From the NCBI GenBank assembly GCA_963842695.1, contig CAWJHK010000006.1, positions 163,761-227,760 on the forward strand: DNA of 64,000 nt, given 5' to 3'. Within the stretch, counting starts at the first letter, position 1. Each line of letters begins with the position of its first letter. The notes below the pieces were generated by a model that saw only the letters and a program-made list of their open reading frames with translations, had not been told where the DNA came from and made no database searches. Below are positions 1-12,263 of the stretch, one piece after another. A program made the translations under genes and the position numbers. The DNA is from an uncultured Chloroflexia bacterium. GTDB taxonomy: Bacteria > Chloroflexota > Limnocylindria > Limnocylindrales > CSP1-4.

Positions 1-1
1 G

Positions 2-307
2 GGCGAGAAGATCCTCCGCCAGGGCCTGACCGGCTCCGGCTTCTACGTCATCCTCGACGGCGAGGCGGCGATCGTGGTCGACGGCACGGAGCGCGCCCGG
101 CTCGGCCGCGGCGAGTTCTTCGGCGAGGTCTCGATCATCCTCGGCGAGTCGCCCATCGCCGACGTCGTCGCCATCCGCCCGCTGCGCTGCCTCGTGCTGG
201 CCGGGCCGCGCGTCGAGCCGTTCCTGGTCGACCACCCGCGGGTCATGTACCGGATGCTCCAGGCGCAGGCCCGCCGTCTCCGCGCGGCGAACCGATGGCG
301 GAGCTGA
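2..307 (+). CDS. cyclic nucleotide-binding domain protein (5' partial)
   Basis: Frame open from base 2: GEKILRQGLTGSGFYVILDGEA...LGRGEFFGEVSIIL, a cNMP-binding beta-roll signature. Stop overlaps the next gene. Confidence 0.85.
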   Translation, partial: GEKILRQGLTGSGFYVILDGEAAIVVDGTERARLGRGEFFGEVSIILGESPIADVVAIRPLRCLVLAGPRVEPFLVDHPRVMYRMLQAQARRLRAANRWRS

Positions 308-1809
308 GCGGGCCGTTCCCGCCGGGCGACTACCCGGTCGTCGTCGTCGGCAGCGGCCCCGGCGCGCTCCAGGTCTCGTACTCGCTCGGCCGGCTCGGGG
401 TCGACCACGCCGTCGATCTCGGCCGACCCCACGCCCGGCGGGATGTTCCGCCGCTGGCCGTTCTTCCAGCGGCTCCTGTCGTGGACCAAGCCGCATGCCC
501 CGGCCGAACGCGGCAGCCGCGCGTACGAGCGCTACGACTGGAACAGCCTGCTCGGCGACAGCCCCGAGACCCGGGCGATCCAGCCGGCGCTCATGGACGG
601 TTCGTCGTACTTCCCGTCGCGCCCCGAGATGGAGGCCAACCTCGCGGCCTTCGCCGAGAAGGCCCGCGTCGCCGTCCGCTACGGGTGCCGCTGGACCGGG
701 ACGCGTCGGACGGCCGATGAGAACGGCGACGGCTTCGAGATCGAGACGACCGACGGGACGTATCGCTGCCGCGTGCTCGTCGTCGCGGTCGGGGTGGCCG
801 AGCCGTTCACGCCACCCGGCACCGGATGGAGCATGCCCACCACTACGCCGCCGTCCGGCCGGTCGAGACGTACGCGGACCGTCGCGTGCTGATCATCGGC
901 AAGCAGAACTCCGGCTTCGAGCTGGCCAGCGGCCTGCTGCCGTGGGCCCGCCAGCTCGTCGTCTCGTCGCCGTCGAAGGTCCGCCTGTCGGTCGACACCA
1001 AGACGCTCGTCGGGGTCCGGGCGCGCTACGTCCAGCCCTACGAGGACTTCGTGCTGGGCGGCGGGGTCAGCGTCCTCGATGCCGCCATCGACCGCATCGA
1101 GCGGATGCCCGACGGCCCGCTGGACGTCCACCTGCGGCGGACCGACGGCGGCGCCGACCTGGCCATCGAGGTCGACGACGCGATCTCGGCGACCGGCTTC
1201 GTGCGCCCGCTCCTGGACCTGCCGGACCTCGGCGTGACGACGTTCGGGGCCAGCCGGCTGCCGGTCCAGACGCCGTGGTGGGAGAGCGCCAGCCTGCCGG
1301 GCATCTACTTCGCGGGCACGATCGGCCAGGGAGCCAAGGGCCTCCAGAAGCACGGCGTCCCGTCGAACTCGGGGGCGGTCCACGGGGCGCGCTACAACGC
1401 CCGGGTGCTGGCCGCCACATCGCCGAGACGCATTTCGGGGTGCGAGCTCGAGCGGCCGCACCTGGCGCCGGAGGCGGTCACGGCTTCGTCGCGGAGCGAG
1501 CTGGCCGAGTCGCCCGAGCTCTTCCACCAGCGCGGCTACCTCGCTCGCGTCCTCACCGCGGACCCGGACGGTGGCGTCCGCGACGACGGCGTCCTGCCGC
1601 TGGCCCACGTCCTCGACGCCGGCGGGCCGGACGCGCTGGCGACGACGCTCGAGGCGGACGGCACGGGGGCGATCTATCCGGTCCTCTACACCCGGATCGC
1701 GGGACGGATCGTCGAGCAGGCGATCGAGCCCGATCCGTTGATGCGCTTCGACACGCCGGACGCGCGACGAGCGATCGAGGACCTGGCCCGGCGGGTGACG
1801 TTCCGGTAG
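295..1809 (+). CDS. NAD(P)/FAD-dependent oxidoreductase (FOXRED2-like flavoprotein), frameshifted in this sequence
   Basis: VVVVGSGPGALQ FAD motif, RYDWNSLL, second Rossmann motif IIGKQNSGFE, ISATGF. Pieces lie in ORFs 295..720, 443..892 and 826..1809. Confidence 0.75.
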
Positions 1810-1818
1810 ATCGGGCGG

Positions 1819-3001
1819 TCAGGCGCGGACGCTCGAGGCGGGCCAGCCGGTCCGCGGCCGCTCGCAGCGTCTCGGTCCGCTTCGGGAACGCGAACCGCAT
1901 CTTCGTCCGCCCCAGCTCCGGCCGCGAGAAGAACGACGACCCGGGCACCGTCGCGACGCCCGGGTCGCGGATGAGCCGCATCGCGAAGGCCGACGTCGTC
2001 CTCGCCGGCCTCGGCCAGGTCGGCGATGTCGGTCATGACGTAGTAGGCGCCGGCCGGCTCGTGGACGCGGAAGCCGGCCGCGCGGAGGGCCGGGACGAGC
2101 AGGTCGCGCCGCGCGCGGTAGCCGGCCACCAGCTCGTCGTAGTACGTGTCGGGGAACTCGAGGGCGACGACGGCCGCCGCCTGCAGCGGCGCGGCCGCGC
2201 CGACGGTCAGGAAGTCGTGGACCCGCCGGATCCCGACCGACAGCTCGGGCGGAGCGATCGTCCAGCCGATCCGCCAGCCGGTGACCGAGTACGACTTCGA
2301 CATCGAATGGATGGACACCGTCCGATCGGCCATCCCCGGCAGCGTCGCCAGCGGGATGTGCTCGCCCTCGAACACGATGTGCTCGTAGATGTCGTCGGTG
2401 AAGGCGATCGCGTCGAACTCGACGCACAGGGCCGCGATCAGCTCGAGCTCGTCGCGGCGGAAGACCTTGCCGGTCGGGTTGTGCGGCGAGTTGACGACGA
2501 TCGCCCGCGTCCGCGGGCCGAACGCCGCACGCAGCTCGTCCGGGTCGATCGACCAGTCCGGCTCGTGGAGGGTCACGTAGCGCGGCACGGCGCCGGTCAG
2601 GATCGCGTCGGGCCCGTAGTTCTCGTAGTAGGGCTCGAACACGACGACCTCGTCGCCCGGGTCGAGGAGGCCGAGCATCGCCGCGACCATCGCCTCGGTC
2701 GCGCCGCAGGTGACGGTCACCTGCGTCTCCGGGTCGATCGTCGCCCCAGCCCGGGAAATGGCGGACGGTCGACGCCGCGATCGCGTCGCGCAGCGGCTTG
2801 CTGCCCCACGTGATCGCGTACTGGTTGATGTCGTCGTCGACGGCCGCCGCGGCCGCTTCCTTGAGCTCGGGCGGGCAGGGGAAGTCGGGGAAGCCCTGGG
2901 CCAGGCTGACCGCGCCGGCGGCCACCGCCAGCCGGTTCATCTCGCGGATGACCGACTCGGTGAACGCTCCGGCCTTGGCCGAGATCCGCGAGGCGTGCCA
3001 T
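1819..3001 (-). CDS. PLP-dependent aminotransferase class I/II (YbdL/kynurenine aminotransferase-like), frameshifted
   Basis: FTESVIREM...SLAQGFPDF, NSPHNPTG, DDIYE, SMSKSYSVTGWRIG (PLP lysine), MRFAFPK. End coordinate approximate. Confidence 0.85.
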
Positions 3002-3029
3002 GGTCGGCCAGTCTACGTCCGCGGCCCGG

Positions 3030-5143
3030 TCAGACGAGCCGGCGCGGGATCGTTTCCGACCAGGTCCGCCCGAAGAACGGCTCTCCGTCGAGGGTCGACG
3101 TCGAGGTCGACCGAGAGATGGAAGGCGGTCGCGTCGCTCGTCTGGATGCGAGCGGGCGCGGATCTCGACGAAGCGGTCGCTGCTCGTGCCAGCGGTAGAC
3201 GACGTCGGCGTCGAGGCTCGCGCGGGCGGGATCGGCGTCGGAGGCGGTCAGCGTCATCGTCTCGGCCGCGTACAGGCGCCGGCCGTCGTCGAGGACGTCC
3301 TCGCCGCCGTCGTGGATCGTGACCGTGACGCCGTCGCCGATGACGTCGTCGGCGATCCGCCAGATGGGTCGTCGGTCGCTGGCCCTCGCCGCCGACCTCC
3401 GGCACGTCCGGTGGCGTCGTCTTGAAGGCCGGGACGGCGACGTCGCCCGGGCCGCCCGCCGCCGGGACGACCGGCAGGACGAGGCGGGACGGCGTCGCTG
3501 GACCGCGATGGAGCGCGAACTCGGCTTCGAGCGGCGACGGCCAGACGACCGGCCACGCCGACGATGCCACCGAGACCCGGATCCGGTGACCCGGCGCGAA
3601 CCGGTAGCCGGCGGGACGGAGCGCGATCCGGACCTCCTCGACCCGGCCCGGCTCGAGTGGCTCGGGTGCTCGGCGTGGGACCGCCGGTGGGTCAGGTTCA
3701 GGATGCCCGGCACTGACCTGCGCCGACGTCCCGTCCGGGGCGACGTCGGTCAGCCGGACGACTGCGGTCGCGACCGGCGCCGACACAGCGAGATGGAGGA
3801 CGACCTCGGGCACGCCGAGGATCTCGACCGCGTCTACCAGCGGCGCCGTCGTGTAGGTCGGGCCGAACGCCTCGTCAGGGCGCAGGTCGCGAGCGAGGCC
3901 GTTGGGTGGCCCGCCGGCGCCCCACGACAGGGCGGCGCGGGTCCCGATCGTCGGACGGTGGCGGTAGCGATCGATCCCGGTGGCGGGCGGCGCACCGGTT
4001 CCGCTGCGGTCGCCGGCGAGCGCCGCCGACGAGCGGCAGCACCCCGCCCGCGAACCACCAATCGCGCGGGACGGCCGCCGGATGCGGGTACGCCTCGGCG
4101 GCCCGCCAGCGACCCGGCAACGCGGCCGGGAACGGCTCCGGCTCGGCGTACTCGCGCTCGAACCAGACGACCGCCGGCTCGCGGTCGGCGCCGTTGTCGG
4201 CGCCCTTCAGCCAGCGATCGAAGAAGCGGACCAGCTCGTGGAGCTCGTCGACGTTGGGTCCCGGAGTGGCCGATGCCGGCAGGCCGTGGACCCAGTTGCC
4301 GACGATCGTCCGGGTCGGCGCGGTGCAGGCGGCCTGCATCCGGAACGCGGCGTCGACGTACGAGTCCATCCAGCCACCGAACGACAGGATCGCGGCCTCG
4401 ATGGCGTCGTAGTCCGGGGCCAGCGAGCCCGGCCGCCAGTACGGTCCGTCGTGCTGCTGGCGCAGCCATTCGATCAGCCACGGCGGCGTGGCCTCGAGCC
4501 GGGCCAGCCACTCGTCCCGCCATCCCGTCGCCACGGAACGTTCGATCGGGCGGCATGGCGTTCATCGCCACCTGGCTGACCGCGTACTGGCGGCAGCTCG
4601 CTCGCGGTGACGCAACCGCCGATGTAGTGGACGTCGGTCAGGTAGCGGTCGTCGGTCGCCTGGATCGGCACGATCGCGCGGAGATGCGGCGGCCGCAGCT
4701 TGGCCACCTGGATCGAGGTGAACCCGCCGTAGCTGATGCCCCACATCCCGACCGCGCCGTCGCACCACGGCTGGGCCGCCAGCCACTCGACCGCGTCGTA
4801 TCCGTCGTGCGTCTCCGCCTCGGTGTACTCGTCGAGCGCGACGCCGCCGGACGAGCCGGTCCCACGGACGTCGACGCGGCACAGGACGTAGCCGCGCCGC
4901 GCGAGGTACGTCCCCCGGCCGATGTCGGCATTGCGCCGCCAGTTGTCCTTGCCGTACGGGATCATCTCGAGGATCGCCGGGAACCGATCGGAGCCCGTCC
5001 CCGGCCGGCCGCGGCAGCCAGAGATTGGCCGACAGCTCGATCCCGTCGCGGGCCGGGATCCGCGCGTCCCAGACCGTGTCGACGTCGTGGCGCGGCGGGC
5101 TCGCCGGACGCGCGTCGTCCGAGGGCGGGTCGGGGTCGGCCAT
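3030..5143 (-). CDS. CocE/NonD family hydrolase (peptidase S15-like), frameshifted
   Basis: ARDGIELSA, PYGK, VDVRGTGSSGG, nucleophile motif WGISYGG, C-terminal jelly-roll (RLTDVAPDG, GHRIRVSV). Confidence 0.85.
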
Positions 5144-5207
5144 CGCCCGAGTCTACGAGCCGGCTCGCGCCCGACGCCGGACTCCCGCGCCGTGCGACGA
5201 TGCCGGG

Positions 5208-5787
5208 ATGGAGGACGACCCGCGTCACCAGCGGCCCGTGGACCCGCCGCTCGCGGCGGGTGGCCTACGAGAACCCGTGGGTCACGGTCTGGCACGACGA
5301 GGTCACCCGGCCCGACGGCAGCCCCGGGATCTACGGCGTCGTCCACTTCGCCAACCTGGCGGCGGGCGTGCTGGTCATCGACGATCGACGACCGCGTCCT
5401 GCTCGTCGGCCAGCACCGCTACGCGCTCGACGCGTACTCGTGGGAGATGCCCGAGGGCGGCGTGCCGGACGGCGAGACGGCGCTCGAGGGCGCCCGGCGC
5501 GAGCTCCTCGAGGAGACCGGTGTGACCGCCGCGGACTGGCGGGAGCTGGCGAGGATCCATCTCTCCAACTCGGTCTCCGACGAGCTCGCGGTCCTGTTCC
5601 TGGCGACCGGCCTGACGCACGGCGTCGGCGACCCCCGACGCGACCGAGGCGCTCGAGGTCCGCTGGCTGCCGTTCGACGAGGTCCTGGCGATGACGCTCG
5701 ACGGCCGGATCACCGACGCGATGACGGTCGTTGCCGTGGAGCGGCTGGCGCTCCAGCGGGCACGGACCTCGGCGGCCGGACGGCTAG
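5208..5787 (+). CDS. NUDIX hydrolase (ADP-ribose pyrophosphatase-like), frameshifted; end approximate
   Basis: YENPW...V..PDG, Nudix box GGVPDGETALEGARRELLEETG, C-terminal GRITDAMT. Confidence 0.85.
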
Positions 5788-5797
5788 CATCGCGTCC

Positions 5798-6982
5798 GTG
5801 CAGGACACGCGACGTGACTGGGATGCGATCGTCGTCGGTCTCGGGGCGATCGGCTCCGCGGCGGCCTACTGGCTGAGCCGGACGCTCGGCGATCGCGTCC
5901 TCGGCCTCGAGCGGTTCGAGCTCGACCACGGCAACGGCGCCTCGGCCGACCACAGCCGGATCATCCGGCTGTCCTACCATCGGCCGGATTACGTCCGGCT
6001 CGCTCGGCGCGCCTACGAGACGTGGGCTGCGGTCGAGAGCGAGGCGGACGAACGGATCGTCACCGTGACCGGCGGCCTCGACCTGTGGCCGCCGGATCCG
6101 GCCATCCCGATGGCCGACTACACCGCCAGCCTCGAGGCGGAAGACGTCCCGTTCGAGCGGCTGGACGCGGACGAGGTGCGGCGCCGCTGGCCGCACTGGC
6201 GCCTCGACGACGGCACGAGCGCGATCTTCCAGGCCGACGGCGGCCTGGCCGACCCGTTCCGGGCAACGCCGCCCACCGCCGGCTGGCCCGGGCGCACGGC
6301 GCGACGCTCCGCGACCGGACGCCGGTGACCGCGATCCGCGACGCGGGCGGTGGCGACCTCGAGGTCGTGACCGACAGGGCTACCTATCGCGCCGGTCGCG
6401 TCGTGCTCGCGGTCGATGCCTGGACGAACCAGCTGCTCGCGGGGTTCGGGCGAAGCCTGCCGCTGACGATCACCAAGGAGCAGGTGACCTATTTCGCGTG
6501 CCCCGATCCCGGCGGCGTTCGCGCCGGAGCGCTTCCCGGTCTGGATCTGGATGGACGAGCCCTCGTTCTACGGGTTCCCGACCTACGGCGAGCCGGGTCC
6601 GAAGGCCGCCCAGGACTGCGGCGGCACCCGGGTCGACCCCGACACGCGCACGTTCGAGCGCGACGAGGGTGCGTTCGAGCGGGTCGAGGCCTTCCTCGCC
6701 GAGCACCTGCCGGGTGCCCTCGGACCGCCGATCCTGACCAGGACCTGTCTCTACACCCTGACCCCGGACCGCGACTTCGTGGTCGACCGGCTGCCCGAGG
6801 CGACCGGGGTGACGGTCGCGCTGGGGGCTGCCCACGGCTTCAAGTTCGCGTCGGTGCTGGGACGGATCCTTGCCGAGCTGGCCATCGACGGCGAGACGCC
6901 GTCGGCGGCCGAGCTGGCCGGATTCCGGATCGATCGGCCGATCCTGCTCGAGGCCGATCCCGCGACGAGCTGGATGATCTGA
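5798..6982 (+). CDS. solA: monomeric sarcosine / N-methyltryptophan oxidase family, frameshifted
   Basis: DAIVVGLGAIGSAAAY, GAS..HSRIIRLSY, CLYTLTPDRDFVVD, HGFKFAS. GTG start follows TAGCAT-N7. Confidence 0.8.
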
Positions 6983-7087
6983 CCCGGCCGACGGCGCACG
7001 GGATGGGTCAGCGCTTGCGCCAAACCCGGCCCTGTGCCAACGTACCGCCGACTCGGGCAAGGAGGGCCCATCAGGAGGAGACGTCCC

Positions 7088-9014
7088 ATGCGCTTGTCCC
7101 TGCGCGCCCGGACCCCGCGGACCCTCGCCGCGCTGGCCGTGGCCGCCACTCTCGCGTTCCCGATCGCGGCCCCGGCCGCCGCCGCGGACCCCGCCGTGTT
7201 GAAGGTCGGCACGACCCAGAATCTCGACTCGCTGAACCCGTTCGCGACGGAGCTTCTGGTCGGCTACGAGATCTTCACCCTCAACTACGACATGCTCGTC
7301 GGGTTCGGCCCGAACAACGAGACCATCCCCGGCTACGCCGACACGTGGACGCAGTCGACCGACGGCCTGACCTGGACCTTCAAGATCCGCTCGGGGATGA
7401 CCTGGTCGGACGGCAAGCCGGCGACGGCCGAAGACGCCGCCTGGACGCTCCAGTACTACCTCGACGCCCAGCAAGGCCGACACGAGCCTCGGCTAGGGCT
7501 ACCTCGACCCGTACGTCCTGAACGCCGCCATCACCAAGGTCGTGGCGACCGACGCGACGACGCTCACCGTGACGACCAGTCGGGCCAACGACCGGATCCT
7601 GCAGATGTACCTGCCGATCCTGCCCAAGCACGTCTGGAAGGACGTCCCGATCGCCAAGGTCGGCGACTTCGTGAACAAGCCGCCGGTCGTCGGGACCGGC
7701 CCATACCAGGTCGTGGAGTGGACCACCGACAAGTCGGCCCGACTCGTTCGCAACGAGACGTACTGGGGACCCAAGGGCGCTGCCGACGAGATCGTCTTCC
7801 AGTTCTTCCCCGACGCCACCAATGCGATGGTCGATGCGTTCAAGAACGGCGAGCTCGACTACATCCGCAACCCGACCGGATTGCAGTTCGACCAGCTCAA
7901 GACGCTGCCGAACACCGTGGGCATCAACGCGGCGGGCAACGGCTTCACCCAGATCAACTTCAACTGCTACGACAAGGACATCCCGAGCGGCGGCGCCTCG
8001 ACCAAGGCGTTCCGGGACCCGGCCTTCCGGGCGGCGCTGGGCTACGCCATCGATCGAAAGGCGCTGATCACACGCGTGCTCAACGGCTACGGCGTCGACG
8101 GCACGACGCAGGTGCCGGCCTGGCAGCGCGCGTGGCACACCGAGCCCAACGACGTCCGCCAGTTCGACCTGACGGTCGCCGCGCAGAAGCTCGAGGAGGC
8201 CGGCTACCCGCTGCGCGACGGCGTGCGCTACGACAAGGAGAACAAGCCGCTCAACCTGAGCCTCCAGTTCCCGGACAGCGACGCGTCATACCCGAAGGTC
8301 GCCCAGTTCATCCAGGACTGGTTCGGCCAGATCGGCATCAAGGTCACCAGCCGGTCGGTCGATTCCGGCACGCTGGGGACGACGGAATACCTCGATACCA
8401 GCATCCCGCTCAAGGGCCAGCTCAAGTACGACATGGTCATCTGGGGCTGGGTCGGCGATCCCGATCCGAACTCCCTCCTCCAGATCCTGACGACGGACGC
8501 GATCAGCGACTCGAGCGACAGCCAGTGGTCGAACACGACCTACGACCAGCTCTATACGCAGCAGAACGAGGCGCCGACGGCCGAGGCCCGCAAGGGCTTC
8601 ATGTCCCAGGCCCAGCAGCTGTTCTACGACCAGGCCCCGTACCAGATCCTGTACTACGACGACGAACTGCACGCCTACCACACCGACAAGTTCGGTAACT
8701 GGAAGACCCAGCCGGTGGACGGCGGCACGCCGTTCTTCGTCAACGGCTCGATCAACTACACGACGCTGAAGCTGGCGTCGGAGGTGGCCTCGCCCTCTCC
8801 GTCCGCCTCTGCTGCTGCCAGCGCCGCACCGAGCTCCGCCGTCGTCAATCCGGGCGCCAGCCCGGCGGCGACCGTGGCGCCCGGGGCCGGCGGCGACACG
8901 ACCTCGAGCAACAACACGACTCTGCTGCTCGCCGGGATCGTGCTGGTCGTGATCGGCGTCGGTGCGGCCATCGTGCTGGCCCGCCGCCGCTCGACGGCGG
9001 CCGAGGAGGAATAG
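7088..9014 (+). CDS. peptide ABC transporter substrate-binding protein (family 5) with C-terminal membrane anchor; one frameshift near 7480
   Basis: AGGAGG RBS, signal peptide, WTFKIRSGMTWSDGKPATAED, VGTGPY, Ser/Ala/Pro linker then a TM helix and RRR. Confidence 0.9.
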
Positions 9015-9055
9015 CCGCGGCCGTCAGGTCGTCATGGATGTGAACGCGTCTCAAG

Positions 9056-9078
9056 GGGGCCGCCGCAAGGCGGTCCCC
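9056..9078 (+). terminator. GC hairpin with GCAA loop between binding-protein and permease genes (partial terminator or stabiliser)
   Basis: ggggccgcc-gcaa-ggcggtcccc. Confidence 0.55.
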
Positions 9079-9099
9079 TAGGCTCGTCCGGGGGTCGCG

Positions 9100-10071
9100 A
9101 TGGGCTCGCGCTACCTGCTCAGCAAGGTCGTCCAGGCGATCGGCACGATCGTGTTCATCGTCATCCTCAACTTCGTGCTGTTCCGGATGATGCCCGGCTC
9201 GCCGGACCGTGTGCTGCTCCGCAATCCGCACGTGACCGAGGAGATCCGCGAAGCGGCGCGCCAGCGCTGGGGTCTGGACGACCCGCTGCCCGTCCAGCTC
9301 GTCAAGTACGTCGGCGCGACGCTCCAGGGCGACCTCGGCTACTCGTTCAAGTACCAGGGGGAGCCGGTCACCGACGTCCTCGCCGGCCGACTCTGGCCGA
9401 CGCTCATCTTGTTCGGCCTCGGCGAGCTGATCGCGATCATCGTCGGGCTCGCGCTCGGGGCGTACTCGGGCTGGAAGCGGGGCGGACCCGTCGACTACCT
9501 CGGCAACGGGACCTCGCTCGTCCTCTACTCGATGCCGTACTTCGTCATCGGCATGTTCATGCTCGGGATCTTCGCCACCGGGCTCGGCTGGTTCCCGACC
9601 AACGGCATGTTCGACGCCGGGCGGCAGTACGACACGGCCTTCCAGCAGGTCGGCGACTTTGCCTGGCACCTGTTCCTGCCGGTCATGACCGTCGCGATCG
9701 GTCTGATCGGCCAGTACTCGATCCTCATGCGGTCGTCGGTCATCGACACCCTCGGCGAGGACTACGTCACGACGGCCCGGGCCAAGGGCCTGACCGATGG
9801 CGCCGTTCTCCAGGGGCATGCGCTGCCGAACGCACTGCTGCCGGCGGTGACCCTGATCGCGATCAACCTCGGCTTCGTCATCGGTGGCGCGATCACGGTC
9901 GAGGTCGTGTTCAACTGGCCCGGTCTCGGGACGTTGACGGTCGACGCGGTGAGCTCACGCGACTACCCCGTGCTGCAGGGCATCTTCCTGCTGCTGAGCA
10001 TCTCGGTCGTGGCCGCCAACCTCATCGCCGACATCGTCTACGGCCGGCTCGATCCGAGGGTCCGGGCGTGA
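9100..10071 (+). CDS. peptide ABC transporter permease (DppB/OppB-like)
   Basis: MPGSP, GDLGYS, EAA loop DYVTTARAKGL, RDYPVLQG, LDPR. Confidence 0.93.
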   Translation: MGSRYLLSKVVQAIGTIVFIVILNFVLFRMMPGSPDRVLLRNPHVTEEIREAARQRWGLDDPLPVQLVKYVGATLQGDLGYSFKYQGEPVTDVLAGRLWPTLILFGLGELIAIIVGLALGAYSGWKRGGPVDYLGNGTSLVLYSMPYFVIGMFMLGIFATGLGWFPTNGMFDAGRQYDTAFQQVGDFAWHLFLPVMTVAIGLIGQYSILMRSSVIDTLGEDYVTTARAKGLTDGAVLQGHALPNALLPAVTLIAINLGFVIGGAITVEVVFNWPGLGTLTVDAVSSRDYPVLQGIFLLLSISVVAANLIADIVYGRLDPRVRA

Positions 10072-11025
10072 GCGCCCCGGCGACCGGCCTCGAAGGGCCC
10101 GCGCCCCAGGCGGCAGCACGGCGAACCTGGCTGCGCGGCCAGCGCGACTTCTGGCGCCAGTTCACCCGCCACCGCGATGGGCTGTTCGGGGTCGTGGTCC
10201 TCATCTTCTTCTCGGTCATGGCCATCGCGCCGCAGATCTTCGTCGGGCCCCTGGAGACCGTCACGACGGCTTCGGGCGCCCAGCTCGATCCGCCGTCGGC
10301 CTCCCACATCTTCGGCACCGATGAGCTGGGCCGCGACATCCTCAACCTGACCGTCCACGGCGCCCGCGTCTCGATGGTCATCGGTCTGCTGGCGACGGTC
10401 ATCACGATCCTGCTCGGCGCCGTCATCGGCATCGCGTCGGGCTTCTTCGGCGGCCGGACCGACGCCTTCCTGATGCGCGTCACCGACTTCTTCCTGGTGC
10501 TGCCGACGTTCGTCCTGGCCCTCGTCCTGGCGCCGATCATCCTCGACATCGTCGGCGAGAGCAGCGAGGTGGCCGGCATCCGGATGACGCTCGTGGTGAT
10601 CATCATCGTCATCGGGATCACCAGCTGGGCGTCGACGGCACGGATCATCCGGTCCCAGGCGCTGAGCGTGAAGGAGCGCATGTTCGTCGACCGGGCACGG
10701 GTCATCGGCTCCGGCGGGCCGCACATCATGCGGCGGCACATCCTGCCGAACGTCCTCAACCTCATCGTCGCGAACACCGTCCTCGTGTTCGGTGGGGCGA
10801 TCCTGACCGAGACGCTGCTCGCCTTCGTCGGCCTCGGCGACCCGTTCGCCCCGTCATGGGGACAGATCCTCAACTCCGCCGAGGAGCAGGGGGCGCCGAC
10901 CCTCGGGAGCGTGGTGGTACATCATCCCGCCGGCGACCTGCATCGTTCTCGTGGTGCTGTCGTTCACGCTGGTCGGCGGGGCGCTCGACTCGGTCCTCAA
11001 CCCGCGGCTGCGGAGGCGTCGGTGA
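10068..11025 (+). CDS. peptide ABC transporter permease (DppC/OppC-like); frameshift near 10905
   Basis: HIFGTDELGRD, HILPN, SWGQIL. True C-terminus WWYIIPP...LNPRLRRRR is in the neighbouring frame and ends at a GTGA overlap. Confidence 0.88.
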
Positions 11026-12263
11026 GCGACCGGGCCTTCCCGCCGTCGACCGAGCCCGGGCTGACGCCGCCCGACATCCGGCCGGAGGAGCTCGAGGCCG
11101 ACCCGAGCGTCACTGACGAGGCCGACGGTTCGGGCCCGACCGACGCCACGTCCATCTCGCACGCGGCGCTCGCCCGTGAGCCGGAGGGCCCGCTCCTCGG
11201 ACGCCGCCAGTGGCCCCTGCCAAAGCAGGCCGACCCCAACGCACCCCTGCTCGAGGTCACGGACCTGCGGACCTACTTCACCCTCGAGTCGGGGACCGTC
11301 AAGGCGGTCGACGGCGTCAGCTTCCGTCTCGATTACGGCGAGGCGCTCGGGATCGCCGGCGAGTCCGGCTGCGGCAAGACGACGACGGCCCTGTCCCTGG
11401 TCAACATCCTGCCGGCCAACGCGCGGATCCTCGAGGGCAGCATCAAGCTGATGGGCATCGACCTCGTGCCCAAGACCGAGAACCAGCTCCGACGCTACCG
11501 CTGGCGCGAGATCAGCATCGTCTTCCAGGGCGCGATGAACGCCCTCAACCCGGTCCGTCGGGTGCGCGACCAGATCGCCGAGCCGCTCGAGGTCCGGCTG
11601 GGCCAGTCGCCCAAGGCTGCCCGCCAGCGCGCCGGCGAGCTCCTCGAGCTCGTGGGCATCCCGCGCAAGCGCGGACAGGCGTACCCGCACGAGCTGTCGG
11701 GCGGGATGCGCCAGCGGGCGATGATCGCGATGGCGCTTGCATGCGACCCGGCCATCGTCATCGGCGACGAGCCGACGACCGCGCTCGACGTCATGGTCCA
11801 GGCCCAGATCCTGCAGCTCCTCGAGGACCTGCGAGCCAAGCTCGGGCTGTCCCTGGTGCTGATCACGCACGACCTGTCGGTCATCGCCGAGACGTGCGAC
11901 CGCGTGCTGATCATGTACGCCGGGCGCGTGGCGGAGGAGGGCCCGGTCGACGAGGTCTTCCGCCGGCCGCGCCACCCGTACACCCAGAAGCTCCTGGCCG
12001 CCTTCCCGAACATCGCCGCCGACCGCCGGTCGCTCGAGGTGATCCCCGGCTCGCCGCCGGACCTGCGCAACCCGCCACCCGGCTGCCGGTTCGCACCGCG
12101 CTGCTTCGCGGCCATGGCCATCTGCTCGGAGGAGGTCCCGCCCGAGACGACGTTCGACGGCGTCCGCGTCGCCTGCCACCTCTACCACGAGGGCGACGAC
12201 GGCCGGCCCGTCACGACCGCGCCGGCCGACGCGATCGGGCCGACCGCGGTCGGGGTGGGCTGA
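11022..12263 (+). CDS. peptide ABC transporter ATP-binding protein (DppD-like)
   Basis: GESGCGKT, LSGGMRQR, DEPTTALD, HPYT, GCRFAPRC. Confidence 0.92.
   Translation: MSDRAFPPSTEPGLTPPDIRPEELEADPSVTDEADGSGPTDATSISHAALAREPEGPLLGRRQWPLPKQADPNAPLLEVTDLRTYFTLESGTVKAVDGVSFRLDYGEALGIAGESGCGKTTTALSLVNILPANARILEGSIKLMGIDLVPKTENQLRRYRWREISIVFQGAMNALNPVRRVRDQIAEPLEVRLGQSPKAARQRAGELLELVGIPRKRGQAYPHELSGGMRQRAMIAMALACDPAIVIGDEPTTALDVMVQAQILQLLEDLRAKLGLSLVLITHDLSVIAETCDRVLIMYAGRVAEEGPVDEVFRRPRHPYTQKLLAAFPNIAADRRSLEVIPGSPPDLRNPPPGCRFAPRCFAAMAICSEEVPPETTFDGVRVACHLYHEGDDGRPVTTAPADAIGPTAVGVG

Noticed and set aside
4922-6328. Apparent NUDIX-sarcosine oxidase fusion ORF
   Set aside because: The NUDIX C-terminus continues in a different frame and solA has its own TAGCAT-N7-GTG start.
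295-11025. Many frameshifts read as pseudogenes or programmed frameshifting (also near 23520, 29965, 41060, 55435, 61610)
   Set aside because: They are single-base indels in otherwise intact genes with no nonsense decay or slippery-site pattern, and they are densest at one end of the window. Low-coverage long-read error is the simplest explanation; reads are needed to confirm.
10068-12263. 731-aa permease-ATPase fusion in the ORF track
   Set aside because: The permease C-terminus and a GTGA stop/start overlap at 11022-11025 are present in another frame, so the fusion comes from an indel near 10905.
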